This document shows positions 27,098 to 40,689 of a stretch of DNA of 64,000 nt, piece by piece. The DNA is from Octopus vulgaris (Eukaryota). The DNA is taken from the NCBI GenBank assembly GCA_951406725.2, contig OX597816.1, positions 117,056,001 through 117,120,000 on the forward strand, read 5' to 3'. Position 1 is the first letter of the stretch. Each line of letters begins with the position of its first letter. The notes under the pieces are model-generated. The model was not told the origin of the DNA, made no database searches, and worked only from the letters and a program-made list of their open reading frames with translations. Made by a program: the position numbers and the translations under genes.

Positions 27098-27149
<52 letters not shown>

Positions 27150-28017
27150 CTATTTTATATTTTCATTATATATTCATGTACATTTTTATATTTTCATATA
27201 TATTTATATGTATATTTTTATGCATTTGTGTATTTTTACGTAATTTTGTACACGCATATATTTTTTTACGGTTTTATGAGATTGCTTTAAGTACTCAGAT
27301 GTTATAAAGGAAAACTGTTTGTCGATTATCTGAACTTTGTGTCTTCTATCGATGCCTATATTATTCATATAGACCATATTCTGAGCTCCACATAATTGTT
27401 CTATATACGGAATTATTACCTTTATTCTTTCCTTGTATATATATCTACTATATATTTGTGAAAGGGCGGATGTTGTCTCACAAGCAGTTGTGCAGGCAAA
27501 AGTGTTAGTAAATGTGGTCGGACTGACCTAAAAATTTGCTTGCATAGCAACTTTGAATTTGCTCAATTGAAAGGCGTGGCCTCTAGGGCAAAATTCCTCA
27601 TCTTTAAAATGTGACCCGAGTAGACCCGAATGAAATCAGGTTATAATACTAATATACATATATATATATGCACGATGGGCTTCTTTCAACTTCAGTCTAC
27701 TAAATCCACTCACAGGGCTTTGATCGGACCGAGGTTATAGTAAGACACTTATCCAAGATTCCACCTAATGGCACTTAACCTGAAGTCATGTGGTTTGGAA
27801 GTAAACTTCTTATTACACAGCCGTCAGCTATGTTGATTTTTATAAAAAGGGACAGTTTACAGACGATGCAAACTTTGCTTGGCCGAGAGGTCAATGATCC
27901 TAAACATTCCCTGGGCCCGGAACCTTTCTTAAACTCCGAAAGTGAAACGTATTGCTAAGAGCAATAATAGGCGCGAAATCAAAGGTAACCTTCTCACCAG
28001 CCATACCCAACGACTAC

Positions 28018-28049
<32 letters not shown>

Positions 28050-28594
28050 CATACATACATACACACACACACATACATACATACACACATACACACATAC
28101 ACACATACATACATACATACATACATACATAAACATACACACATACATACATACATACACACATACACACATACATACATACATACATACATACATACAT
28201 ACATACACACACACATACATACATACATACATACATACATACATACATACATACATACATACATACATACATACATACATACATACATACATACATACAT
28301 ACATACATACATACATACATTCACCAGCAACTCTTACACGTTTCTTTTTTTCTTTTTCCACCACACTGCTCCTTTCTTTACTTCCATCTCCAGCACTCCT
28401 CCCAACCTCTCTACTCTATCACCAAGCCTCTCTGATGAAAGACTATATTTAAAACGTTATATTTTTATTCTATATATCTCTTAGTCTATAATTTGTTTGC
28501 TTCTTCGAGCGTGTCAACCGAATAATATCAACGATGACCGGTCCTTGGGCTTTTGTTATATTCTTTATTTGATTCTGTTTTTTGTTGCTAATTT

Positions 28595-28648
<54 letters not shown>

Positions 28649-28909
28649 CACACACTCTCTCTCTCTTTCTCTCTCTCTCTCTCACTCATTCTCTATATAT
28701 ATATATGTGTGTGTGTATGTATGTATGTATGTATGTATGTATGTATGTATGTATGTATCTGCCTCCCTTTATCTTTCTCTTTATCTCTCTATATATATAG
28801 AGAGAGAGAAAAGGAGAGAGAGAGGGGGAGATACATACATACAGACCGAAAGACAGACAGACATATATACACATATATATCCATACGGATATGTATGTAT
28901 GTATGTATG

Positions 28910-28982
<73 letters not shown>

Positions 28983-29649
28983 GGACGGACAGGCAGACAG
29001 ACTGGCAGGCAGGCAGGCAGGCAGGCAGGCAGACAGGCAGGCAGGTAAGCAGAGATTTCGCTGAGGGAGCATAATAAGGCTGTGGTAGAATACGAACATG
29101 AAGGATAAGGTTGAGTAATGAGGGTGATGACAGAAGTCATTTAAAATGTGAAATAATGACAGCCAGATAAAAAACAAAAAAACATCTGCTATAATTCCAT
29201 CCTTATCACGGATGAATCATCGCAATTGATCCCAGTATTTGACTGGTATTTTATCTTATCGACTTCGGAAGGATAAAATAAAATAGTTGACATCGGGGAG
29301 ATTTGAACACCGATCATAAAAGGACGCCTTAATTAAATACCGTAAGATATGTTGGCCGACCTTCAACGAAGTAACAGGATTGTTGCCTGGGGATAAGACG
29401 GAGTAAAAGCTGAAGGTCGAAGAAGTAGCACAGAGCAAAGAAGATAAGAAAATATGAAACGTGAATAGATTGGGCGGTTGTGAAGTGAAGATATACGGAA
29501 AGCAAGATTAAGCTCCAGTGGGATAAAGATAACGAAATAGTTGTTAGAGAGAAATGGCAAGGAAGAAGAGTAATATGGAAATAAAGTGATGTGTTACACG
29601 GGGTAACAGTCTTAAATACAATATATATATGTGTGTGTGTGTGTACGTG

Positions 29650-29689
<40 letters not shown>

Positions 29690-29774
29690 GGGAGAGAGAG
29701 TGATGGGCAGACAGATGAGCGATATAAATACACAGGTAGATTTAGAGAAAGATAAACGAATTGGAATATTTTGG

Positions 29775-29877
<103 letters not shown>

Positions 29878-29989
29878 CTAAAGAGAGGAGCCAGTTTAGA
29901 AAGAGAGAGAGAGAAAGGGAAGGAGAAAGAGATTAAGATTAGATGCAATGAGAGAGGAACACATAGACATAAAAGACATGGTATGGAGA

Positions 29990-30419
29990 GGTAGGAATGG
30001 GAAGGGAACGAAAACGGAACAAACAGGCGGAACAAGCCGACTGTCGGATGTCGCCGGCCGTAGCTATGACGGAGGGCGGCGAGTGACACCCGAGTGACAC
30101 GCGGCGAAGAAGCAGGCACGCAGAGGTGGGGGGAAAGAGAGCGCTTTGTATAATCACATGCTCAGCCTAAACAAATAATTGCTCAGCTAGGGAAACACAA
30201 CAGAGTATTGTGAAGTTTGATAGCCGCAAGTTATAATTAACTGAACCTATGTCTAATTCACGATCGCCGGCCCTTTTGTCACGAAGAATTGAAGTCGTTT
30301 CTATTGACAATATCAGTTAATTCCCATTGACAAATGCGACAGAACGACGAAGACACTTACAGTGGGAAGAAACAGCGGCGGTGGCGACGCCGAGAGAGCA
30401 GTGGACGAGCGAAAAACAC

Positions 30420-30420
<1 letters not shown>
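29990..30420. promoter_or_regulatory. CpG-rich unique island, candidate promoter/enhancer or first exon
   Basis: Only non-repeat CpG-dense stretch; flanked by GA/CT tracts; paired motifs GAGTGACAC x2, TGCTCAGC x2, ATTGACAA x2; minus-strand GTAAGT donor at 30360-30355. Confidence 0.55.
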
Positions 30421-30462
<42 letters not shown>

Positions 30463-31669
30463 CCTCTCAGTTTCTTACTATTTATCTCACACACACTCTA
30501 CCTTTTATCTACTTCTCATGTTGCCTTTCTCATTCTCTTTTTAACCTCTCTTTCAACAATCTTTCTTTACTTCCGTCACTCTCTCTCTCTCTCTCTCTCT
30601 CTCGCTCCCTCTATCTGTCTATCTATCTAACTTACTATCTATCTATCTATCTATCTTTCTTTACACACAGCCCACAGTTACACACACATAAGTGCAACAC
30701 ACGAAACTCTTAACTCTTGAGTTACAGATGTAACTTTACAGCAATATGTGTGTTGGGACACGAAATAAATTAATTCATAGATGTATATGTATCTATCTTC
30801 CCGTTTGCGCGTATATGTACTTTATGGTCTGTCCTCCTCTATCTCTGTCTATCTATCTCTATTTATCTCATGTACGTCTGTGTGTGTGTGTGCTTTTCCT
30901 TGTTATATTTGCATCATTTGTCTTACGCTCTATGCATACCTATCTATATATCTATTTATCTACCTGTCCATTCGACCTCTGTTGCTGGTCAATTGATGGA
31001 AACACTATTTTGTTTTGTGTTTTTCACTCGACACGTACTAAAGATCAAATAACATAACTATATATTCAGATGTATACATTGAGTGTAAATATAGTAATAA
31101 CCATATCAAATGTGTTTGAAAAAATAGCAATAATCGTCTGTGTGTGTGTAAGGAGTGAATGTAAATTTGTGTGTATGTATGACAATGAATGCATGTGGAA
31201 GCAAATATTGATCAATATGTGTGCGTACACGTACTGTTACAGTTGCGTGTGTTTGTGTCTTATAGTATTTAGGTGGTGTTCGGCATTATTCGTAGTGACC
31301 AGTGAGAGCTTTACCAATTTTGCTCAATGTGCTAGAAACAGCAGCCAAATCACCCTCAAAACTTTTGTTGTCTTGTGCATCAATCCATTCTTGAGCGACT
31401 CCAGTAGTATATCGGTTTTTCTATGAGAATAAGTTACGAGACCCTCCTTGAAACGTCTTCATTTCCGAAGAAATTGGAATCTTCTCAGTATATCGTTGCT
31501 GGTTTTGAAGGGGATAATAATTTTACTAGCTCTTTATTTCTCAACCACGGAAGAGTAATAAAAAAAAATTCTGAAGATAGCGTCGGTGAGATTTGAACTC
31601 AATGCAGTGAAAGAAATACTATAAGGTATTCTATTCGACGCTCAAACCACTCCTCAAATTCGCTGTCGG

Positions 31670-31905
31670 TTACGACGACGAGTGTTACAGTTGACAGGCG
31701 TACTCTTAACGTAGTTCTTAGGGAGATTTAAGTGACGAGGCTGGCCCCTTTTGAAATACCGGTACTACTCATTTTTGTCAGCTGAGTGGACTGGAGCAAC
31801 ATGAAATAAAATGCCTAGCTCAAGGACACAGCATGCTGCCGGAAATCGAACGCATGATCTTATGATTGTGAGCCGAATACCCTAACCACTAAGTTACGTG
31901 TCTTC
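31670..31905 (-). mobile_element. tRNA-derived SINE family D
   Basis: Minus: TAGTGGTTAGGGTATTCGGCTC...GTTCGATTTCC...TGTGTCCTTGAGCTAGGCA. Confidence 0.8.
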
Positions 31906-32157
31906 ATATAAAGGAAAGGATAAAGTAGTCCTGGACAAGCAAAAACATTGGTGTGTCACGGCTGGAATGTCAGTGAATATAGGCTCAAGTGCTAAGCTGG
32001 GACTAAAATAACTATGCAACAATCAACAGCATCATCATCATCATTAACTTCACCATTGATTCCATCAACATCATCATCATGTATATAACAGAGACAGTAA
32101 ATATGTGTGTATGTGTCTGTCAATCAATGCACAGTATGAAAATGTGTATATATATAT

Positions 32158-32225
<68 letters not shown>

Positions 32226-32365
32226 GTTAAGAGTATATGTAAGAGTGAAAAAGTTCAAGTGTTGTGTAAAGAAATGCATGTATACATGAATATGCGAGTA
32301 TATGTATAGATCCACAAATAATTCATACATACACACATACATACATACACACATACATACACACA

Positions 32366-32400
<35 letters not shown>

Positions 32401-32429
32401 GTATATATATTTATGATCCACAAATAATT

Positions 32430-32504
<75 letters not shown>

Positions 32505-32595
32505 GTATGTGTGTGTAAAGAGGGAGAAAAGAAAAGGGTGTGTGTGTGTATGTTTGAATATGTAACTATAGATAGATATTAGTGTATGTATATAT

Positions 32596-32634
<39 letters not shown>

Positions 32635-33134
32635 AACAAAAAGCTGCTCTTTAAGACGTTGCATGTTGGGAATAAGAATTCAAATAATTTTTTTAATGTT
32701 TGTCAATGTTATCAAGTTTGAAATTTGATGTTTTATTGCAAAATAAAAATTGCAGAAAAACTACAACGAGCAATGTTTTCACTTACGTGTGTGTGTGCGT
32801 GCGTGCATACGAATATAAACATGCATATATGCATGTGAATACGTATATATAGATGTGTGTTAGTGTGTGTATGTATACATGTATATGTATATGTGAATTT
32901 AGATGTGTATGTGTTGTGTGTGTGTGTGTGTGTATTATATAGAAAATTGTCAGTCCACTCTGCGTTGCACCTTTGTTTGATCCCTACAGTGAAGAAAAGG
33001 GATTCGCAATATTTATAAGGTTAGGGAGACCTTGGAGGTATCTGAGTACGTAGGATGTTAAATGTAATAGCCGATCCAAATTTTAAAAGCAGGGAGGAGT
33101 GTAAAAGGTTGTAAAATTCCTTGATAAATATCTG

Positions 33135-33500
33135 ATTGTGTGTTTAAGAAATTCGCTTCCAAGTCACGTGGTTTGGGGTTCAGTCGCAATGCACGGCACC
33201 TTGGGCAAATGTCTTCTACTATAGCCCTGGGTCGACCAATGTGCGTGAATTTAGAAGGCAGAAACTGTGTAGAAGCCCCTGCATATATATATATATGTGC
33301 ATCTGTGTTTCCACTCATACAGACACAGCTTGACAACCGGTGCTCGTTTGTCTACCTCCTCCTAACTTTGCGGTTCAGCAACAGAGACCGATAGAATAAC
33401 TACCAGACTTTAAAATAAGCACTGAGGTTGATCTGTTCAACTAAAAATTTTTAAGGCGTTACTCCAGCATGGTCGCAGGCCACTGATTAAAACAAGTACA
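33135..33500 (+). mobile_element. SINE family A
   Basis: GGGTTCAGTC..GGCACCTTGGGCAAATGTCTTCTACTATAGCC...CTCCAGCATGGTCGCAG. Confidence 0.85.
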
Positions 33501-33920
33501 GTCAGAATAAGATATCTATTTCCTTTCCATTGACTATTATTTTAGTTATTTTCGCACAAAGTTTCCTTTTTTTTTTCTCTCTTCCCGTCCCTCTTCAATC
33601 TTTTCTGACCGCACAAAAATATTTTTCCACGGAAATACATCGACAATAAATACTAGCCATGTAGGCATTTGTTTATAGAACCAAAACCAAAGTGCAATTA
33701 AGTTGTCATATATTCCTCTTATGGGGATGTCTATTTTCATATATTCACATACATCTGCTGCCACGGCATTTTAATTCTAATTAAAGATATAATTACAGTT
33801 TCAATATTCAGATACTTATTAACGTATTTTATACCATTTTACAATCAGCTACATTAAGATTTACAATTACATTTGACACCCCTCTCACCAACATATCTCT
33901 ATGATCTTTCTCGCCTTATA

Positions 33921-33982
33921 AGTTTTGCTGGCCCCTGTTCTTCACAACCGTGCTCAGCTAAGGGCGAAACTCACAGTAAATT
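33921..33982 (+). ncRNA. Possible decayed hammerhead relic
   Basis: AGTT-TTGCTG-GCCC...GGGC-GAAA-CT CAC AG-TA-AATT; stems II and III plausible, 5' core damaged. Confidence 0.3.
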
Positions 33983-34002
33983 GACCCTTATCATGAAGAA
34001 CA

Positions 34003-34044
34003 TTTTAGTACCGGTTTCAGTTTTTGCGACTTTTTCAACTTGGA
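34003..34044 (-). ncRNA. U3:A8 variant minimal hammerhead
   Basis: Minus: AG-TTGAAAA-AGTC GCAAA AACT-GAAAC-CG-GTA-CT; palindromic ACCGGT in place of stem III. Confidence 0.65.
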
Positions 34045-34873
34045 GTAAAGCATGAAAAACAATTAAATTGTGGAAAAATTAAATGAAATTTTTTCTAAAC
34101 ATATTTCCATAGTTTTCAAATGTATGAGACATTTTCCTATTCTTCCATCTGTCTCTGACTCTTTTTTTACTCTTATGGGGGCTTGGTAGCAGGTAATAGC
34201 AGTCCTAATATATGATATGAGGTTTTTTTCCCCTCTATAAATTCAGGGACTATGCAACCTGTAGTCAGCGCATTAGTAAAGACTCATATTTTATCAGAAA
34301 ATATAAACTCCTTTTGAATGCGTCCACCACAAATGTCACTATTACAAGGGTCTTAGAATAATACCCACGCAAATATTAAAAACGACATATTCAGAACAGT
34401 CACTACCCATGAATTTATTCGAAACAATTCCAATCACTGCTATTACAACCACAACGGGTCACTTTTGGGTCATTTGACCATTTAAGAGGATTCCACCAAC
34501 AACTTACTGTCATACCACTCACGCATTTTTATTATCCCTTTTCTTCTTTTCCTACTCCCTCTTCTTCTTCTTCTTCTTCACCTTCTTCTTCTTCCTCCTC
34601 CTCCCCCTCTTCTTCTTCTGCTTCTTCACTGCTGTCACCTTCTTTCCCAACTACTACTGCTGCTTAAACAATCAAAACCAAGAACTCATATCAAATGTTA
34701 GGACTGCTACTACCTGCCACCTGCTAACAAGAACTCACGTGTGTAAAAAAGAGAGACATATACAGACAGAAAAAAAGGAAAATGTCCCTTGCATTTGAAA
34801 ACTATGCAAATGTTTAAAAAAGACATTTCATATAATTTTTCCACAATTTAATTGTTTTTCATGCTTTACTCTA

Positions 34874-34904
34874 AGTTGAAAAAATCGCAAAGACTGAAAC
34901 TGGT
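34874..34904 (+). ncRNA. U3:A8 variant hammerhead, homology ending at the cleavage triplet
   Basis: AG-TTGAAAA-AATC GCAAA GACT-GAAAC-TG-GT, then unrelated sequence. Confidence 0.55.
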
Positions 34905-35131
34905 GAGATTGAGTTTTTTTAGTTGACCCCCAGTAGTCAATGCCTGTTATGCCGTCTGTCTTTCTTGTTATTAACCTCTGGAGTCCTTCCACTTTCATAA
35001 TGCTTTGTTTGTACAAGAACACCGTTGGATTGAAGAGGACAAATGACGAAGACAAAAAGATTCGTCGATCCCGATCACGTCTGCTGTTCTCTAAGAAGTG
35101 AAAGTTGAGTAGATGCATCTTTTATGCAAAA

Positions 35132-35579
35132 CAAGGCCAGTCTTAACAGCATCAAAAGCCCTACCCTGGGCAAAATAATATAGTGGGGCCTTTCAAGCAC
35201 AATCTACATGTATATCATAGTATACATACATTAGTATTGGACTCCTAGACCCGTGAGAGTCACAAGCAACTCTCAAGTGTATTGATGCATGGATTGGTTT
35301 TCTCAGCCATTAGAAGTAGCAGTAACAAATGAGAATGGCTGTGTTTATGAATATTAATATACATGTGTTTGCGTGTATATATATACATATGTGTGCAAAC
35401 ACACGTACACACAGCGCTGTCTTCTGTCATGGGGACACTAGGCAGCTTCCAGGGGTCTCACAAATCCAGGGGCCCAATTTTGAACTATATACGCAGTGGT
35501 TTGTTGTAAATAACTAAATACTTTAGGGCCCAGTGCATTGATTTGCCCAGGGACCTGTAATGTTGCTAAGACGGCCCTG
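35132..35579. mobile_element. Non-autonomous DNA transposon (hAT-like MITE)
   Basis: Imperfect ~55-bp TIRs: CAAGGCCAGTCTTAACAGCAT..CCCTGGGCAAAA and the reverse complement CAGGGCCGTCTTAGCAACAT..CCCTGGGCAAAT; no clear TSD. Confidence 0.65.
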
Positions 35580-35744
35580 CGCAGACACATACACATAAAT
35601 ATATGTATATACATGCACATACACACACACATGTATGTGTATGTAGTATGTATATGTTTGTATATGTATAGAATTTTATGTGCATGCATGCATACATACA
35701 TACATACATACATACATACATACATACATACATACATACATACA

Positions 35745-35773
<29 letters not shown>

Positions 35774-35775
<2 letters not shown>

Positions 35776-36295
35776 GTGATGTCTGTCCAAGACGAAACTG
35801 AAATTTTAAACAAATGTACCTAGTCGCCGCCGCAATAAAAATGCGGTTACAATGCTACATGTGGAAAGGTGACCTTGACCTTCAATCTCATTAGAGCTAC
35901 ATCATTCAATGTTAGTTAATCATCGTTCTATACGTACTGTAATGAATGCATGTTTAGTGAACTTGATGATTAAGGGCGTTGAACAACGAAAGACTTGAAA
36001 CATGTTTTTTGTGAAATTCCGTTTCGAAATGCAACACGCTTTTTAGTGAAGATTGTTTGAGATGTATGCAATGTTACAGGTGATACAAATGTTTCTAAAT
36101 CGGAAATGCCATCCACTGAAGATGATTCAAAATCTGGAAAACCTACCACGACAACGAACGACGATCTCGGTACAGAAATGTTTGCCATGATTTTTAAAAT
36201 TCGTCGCCGGACTGTCCATGAGGTTTCTGCAAAAGTAAGCGTCTGTAAAGGTTTTGCCACTTAATTGCAAAGGAAAATTTAAGGTGCAACAACAA
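35774..36295 (+). mobile_element. Mariner 5' fossil (TIR-like end plus HTH region)
   Basis: STEDDSKSGKPTT resembles the mariner ED..RSGRP linker; followed by RRRTVHEVSAKV helix-turn-helix-like segment. Confidence 0.6.
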
Positions 36296-36799
36296 TGGGT
36301 GGAGCTTATTTTAAAGAAATCCGTCTTGTTGAGACTACAAATAAAGCAATTAATTTTGTTGTTCTTTTTATAAGTTTTGTTTCATCTGAACAGGTCTCAT
36401 GTGTGTATGTTTGTGTGTGCGCGCGTGTGTACGTGCACGCATCTGTGTGTATTGATGGTTATTCCTTTATACATAAATGAAAGATTAAGTCACATTGACC
36501 TTTGGTGTGGCCTTGTGGAACAACCTTAAAGTTCAAGGGGCACATTACAGAAGTAGCTCGTCATTGCTTTGCTCCGAATTTTAATCCATCCAACAGGATT
36601 AATTGAATTCAGTCCATTCAAGTCGCAGGTCCCACACAGTTTCCATCAAACAAATTTCACTCTCAAGATATTGGTCAGCCCTGAAGCTATAGAAAAAGTC
36701 ATCTACCAAGGGTACACACAGTTATATCAAACCCTGAAACCTGTTGTTGTGAAGCAAACTTCTTACCAACACAGCCATGTAGATTATCAAATCATTACA

Positions 36800-37500
36800 A
36801 CTAGTCAGTGTCTTACAACTGTGGTAGTTGCAACCAAGAGTTAGTACACCACTTTACTGTTCAGAGGAAATGATAATTTCCCACCACATATTTTCTATAC
36901 AAAAGACAGAAAGTGTCAGTTGATATCAAATGTAGTTTATGCAAAACCAAAGACATTAACTACATTGTTACTGGCTGTAAAAGAATGTCCTCTAGATATC
37001 ATCTTCCTTACAGCATGATGTGATTAGATGAATACACCAAAACCACTAGATCAAAGAAATTCCAACCATGTTTCGTGGTTCACTACCTCAACAACTCCTT
37101 TATAGGATCCATATATAGTTGGGCTCTTAGAATAAAAATAGCAACCAAATTAAACCATGACCAAACTGATATTGGTATTTGGGACCACAAAATGAAAGCA
37201 TGCTCTGGTGTAGAAGTCAGCTGGTCACATGAGTAATAGGAATATTGCAATGGTCAAGTGTAGTAGAGGAATCTGCAAATCTAGAACACAAAATATACTA
37301 TCAGTTTTAGATTCATTATTATTAGAGCAACAGGACATGTATCAAACTGTCTTGATCAAATTATAGTAGAACTACAGATGATTACCCTCTCTGATACAAT
37401 GAGAAACTGCAAGGCCTTCTTAAAATTTAAAGGGTAATTGTTGTGTAAATGGTTTTTTTATATATAGTATTTCTTTACCATCTTGCCACTGAGCGGGTGA
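36800..37500 (+). mobile_element. Dong/R4-like RLE retrotransposon 3' fossil
   Basis: IKCSLCKTKDINYIVTGCKRMSSRYHLP (CCHC knuckle), TDIGIWD...VEVS and IIIRATG (RLE motifs). Confidence 0.7.
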
Positions 37501-38333
37501 CTAATCATAATAAACTCTAAAACAACAATCAGGAAGAGAAAATATACAAGCATAGATTTTACACTTTCATATAAATAAATATATAGATAAATAAAATTTA
37601 ATATTATTTTGTTAAAATTGAAATATTCCATTGAAAGTTAAAACAAATATTCCAATATAGATTTAGCTTTCAAAAGATGAATTTAACTTTTAAAGGCAAA
37701 TTTACAAATCTTAAACCTTTACAGCAATTGTCATTTCCTGAAATTGTAGGCTTTCGCATATATTTATTATTATAAAATTGTTATTATATTCAGCATTAGG
37801 ATTTAAAAACAAAATCTATCAATTTTGAATTCTGAAATAGATGAATGCAACTCCATAATTTATATTCCCTGAGAGTTTTCATTACATGATCTACCTACAA
37901 ATGTGTATCTATCTATATCACTTTACACAGTCAATCTCTGCTTCTCTTACACATAAAAATGCATTTTCTCTCCTTCTCCATCAATCTCTTTTGCACTCTC
38001 TCCAAATGTGTGTACATAGAAAGTGCATGTGTGTGTATATGCATGTATCAAACAATCTATTTTTCATTCATGCACACATGCACAAACATAAAATAATAAA
38101 CTCAATTTACATATATTTATATGTTAGCATGTGTGTACATGATACGTTAATACATTATATTAACATTATTATACATGTGTATATCATATTATACATTTGT
38201 ATATTATATACACAGGTACATATATAAATAGAGAGATATATTTACATACACATGTATTTATATATATGCATATTCATGTAATAAATATGCATATATATAA
38301 ATATGCAATTTGTATATTTCTCTCAACTCACTC

Positions 38334-38402
<69 letters not shown>

Positions 38403-38407
38403 TGGTT

Positions 38408-38443
<36 letters not shown>

Positions 38444-38508
38444 AAGAGAGCAAAGATTATGCATATGAGACTACATATATATATATAGGCATGTACATAA
38501 GCACATCC

Positions 38509-38553
<45 letters not shown>

Positions 38554-38648
38554 TAAATGAAAGAATGGAGTCGAACGAAGTAAGGCCATTATATATATAT
38601 ATATGAATAAATGAAAGAATGGAGTCGAACGAAGATGTTAACAAAATT

Positions 38649-38742
38649 CCTTTACTCTCGACACATGTTTCGAAGACAGCATATTTTCATTCCGAAGGAA
38701 TAAAGGGTGCATTATGCAATCTTCTCATCAGGAAAGAAAAGG
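38649..38742 (-). ncRNA. Type-I minimal hammerhead ribozyme, intact core
   Basis: Minus: CCTTT-T-CTTTC-CTGATGA-GAAGA..GCATA...TATGC..TCTTC-GAAAC-ATGT-GTC-GAGAG-T-AAAGG; palindromic ACATGT. Confidence 0.88.
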
Positions 38743-39391
38743 AGCCTCTCTTAACAACAAGACAAACAAAAATTTCGATGATTGCCTACATGGTAACCAA
38801 AGCGATAATGAGTGTTTTTTTTTTAAATCCGTTATAAGCATTGACGTCAAAAATAGATAGTAGGAGGAAGTAAAAATAGGTAGGGGACAGTATGTTTGCT
38901 GTATGTATGGAAATGTGTGGGTGTGTGCTAGTGTTAATGAGTGCGTGTGTTTGTGTGTGTATATGTGTGTGTGTGTATATAACTGCATTTGTGTCTGTGT
39001 GTGTGAGGGAGAGACAGACGTCAAAGATAGGTAGTAGTAAGGGAAGATATAAAGGAGTAATAGGTAGGGAAGGGGAAGTGTACGTTGATTGAAAGAATGT
39101 ACGGAGGCTTAGGAAAGAATTTCCCTATAGCAGTGGTGTGGACGTGAAGCTAATTGTTAAAACCACAGTGACTATCGTTATCATTTATATGAGTAGAAAG
39201 TGTGTTTCTGCCAATGTTTACATTTGTACGATTTTTCTATGAGTGTGTTTACTAGGGGAACCTTAGCGAAAAGAATATGGAAGAGCTCAGAGTTACAAAT
39301 GTTACAAAAAACACATTCATTATCGCTTTGGTTACCATGTAGGCAATCATCGAAATTTTTGTTTGTCTTGTTGTTGAGAGAGGCTCCTTTT

Positions 39392-39472
39392 CTTTCCCGA
39401 TGAGAAGATTGCATAATGCACCCTTTATTCCTTCGGAATGAAATATGCTGTCTTCGAAACATGTGTCGAGAG
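39392..39472 (+). ncRNA. Hammerhead copy with U4->C substitution
   Basis: CTTTC-CCGATGA-GAAGA...TCTTC-GAAAC-ATGT-GTC-GAGAG. Confidence 0.75.
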
Positions 39473-39829
39473 TAAAGGAATTTTGTTAACATCTTCGTTC
39501 GACTCCATTCTTTCATTTATTCATATACAACACACAAATTTCTACACATGAACCCGGAGTTTCTACCCTTGACAGGTCGCTTCAACCGTGTTTTCTGACG
39601 TGAATTTGCTACCCAGGTTTCGGTTAAACGAATTTTCCATGCTGACAATAAACATAGGATAATTCATTCACCTACTTAAATATATATATATATATATGAA
39701 GGACTCTGTTGTCATGAACGACAAATGAGGGTTTAGTAAAATAAAGCGGTAATCATGCTGTATGCCTGCTGGTGCCTTGCAAACCTTTTGGTAAATGGAA
39801 CAAGTTGAGGACTCAGTTTGCTTGAGTGC

Positions 39830-40559
39830 TTGTGGATCATTCACTATGTGTTTTCTTTTTTTGGGACTGAATAGCAAATTGGTGATGAGAAATGGGTATA
39901 AAGCACCAAAGACAGTGGGTAGGGAAAGGAGAAACACCAGCACCCCATACTAAAGAAGGTCTTCACCCATATAAGGTGTTGTTATCTGTCCACTTTGAAA
40001 TTTTAAACCCAAACCAAACGATGAAAAAGGATATCTACTGCGAGCAGCTTGAGTGGCTTAAATCAGTGCTAGAAGAAAAACAACTATTTTTGGTTTGAAG
40101 ACGAAAGGTGTTCTTCCATCAGGATAATGCTCGGCCACATACAGTGAGGATGACATTCCAAAGGCTGGAGCAGTTTGAATGGGAAACAATGCCCCACCCA
40201 CCATATTCACCAGACATTGCCCCATCTGATTATCATTTATTCTGCAGTCTTCAAAATCATTTGGACAGAAAAAATATGAATTCTGTAGATGATGTCAGAA
40301 CAGTACTGGAGCAGTATTTTTCATCACGGACAAGAGGATTTTGGAAGAAGGGCCTTGCAAGTCTACCAGATAGATTGATTGATTGATTGATTCCAGTTCC
40401 AGCCTATGAGCTGTGGCCATGCTGGGGCACCGCCATAGATGGAAGATCACTGTAGAAAAAGAAGGAGAGTGTATTTTAGATTAAAAAAGAACTTTGTTTA
40501 TCTTGGTTTTGGAAAATGAAAAAGTATAAAAAAGCACATTTATTTATGGGATGACCCAA
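39830..40559 (+). mobile_element. Mariner DD34D transposon 3' fragment with right TIR
   Basis: HQDNARPH...HPPYSPDIAPSDY (34 residues counted between Asp); ends TTATGGGATGACCCAA|TA; interrupted by a 59-bp insert. Confidence 0.92.
40376..40434 (-). mobile_element. 59-bp retroposed 3' end with (AATC)n tail and ATAGAT target-site duplication
   Basis: ATAGAT at 40370-75 and 40435-40; removing the insert and one TSD restores the transposase frame LPDRWKITVEKEGE. Confidence 0.85.
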
Positions 40560-40689
40560 TATATACATATATGTATATGTATGTATATAAACATACACAC
40601 ACACATACTTACATACACATACATACACACATATATACATATATATGTGTGATTATGTGTATGTATGCATATATTATTATTATATTTGG

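Larger units (their letters stand above)
33988..34904. mobile_element. Penelope-like element 3' end with inverted terminal duplication
   Basis: 34220-34325 encodes the GIY-YIG C-terminus also seen at 49220-49320; 33988-34200 is an inverted copy of about 34710-34904. Confidence 0.85.
38549..39526. mobile_element. Non-coding Penelope-like element with ~220-bp near-identical inverted repeats, each with an HHR
   Basis: 38602-38822 is the reverse complement of about 39305-39526; an extra 32-bp terminal copy at 38549-38580; left end in (TA)n. Confidence 0.85.

Noticed and set aside
28428-28458. CTGATGA...AAAACGTT hammerhead-like relic
   Set aside because: Stem I and stem II do not pair convincingly and G12 is missing; possible but unsupported
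36115-36145. CTGAAGA...GAAAA motif
   Set aside because: Lies within mariner coding sequence (TEDDSKSGKP); no NUH or stem I
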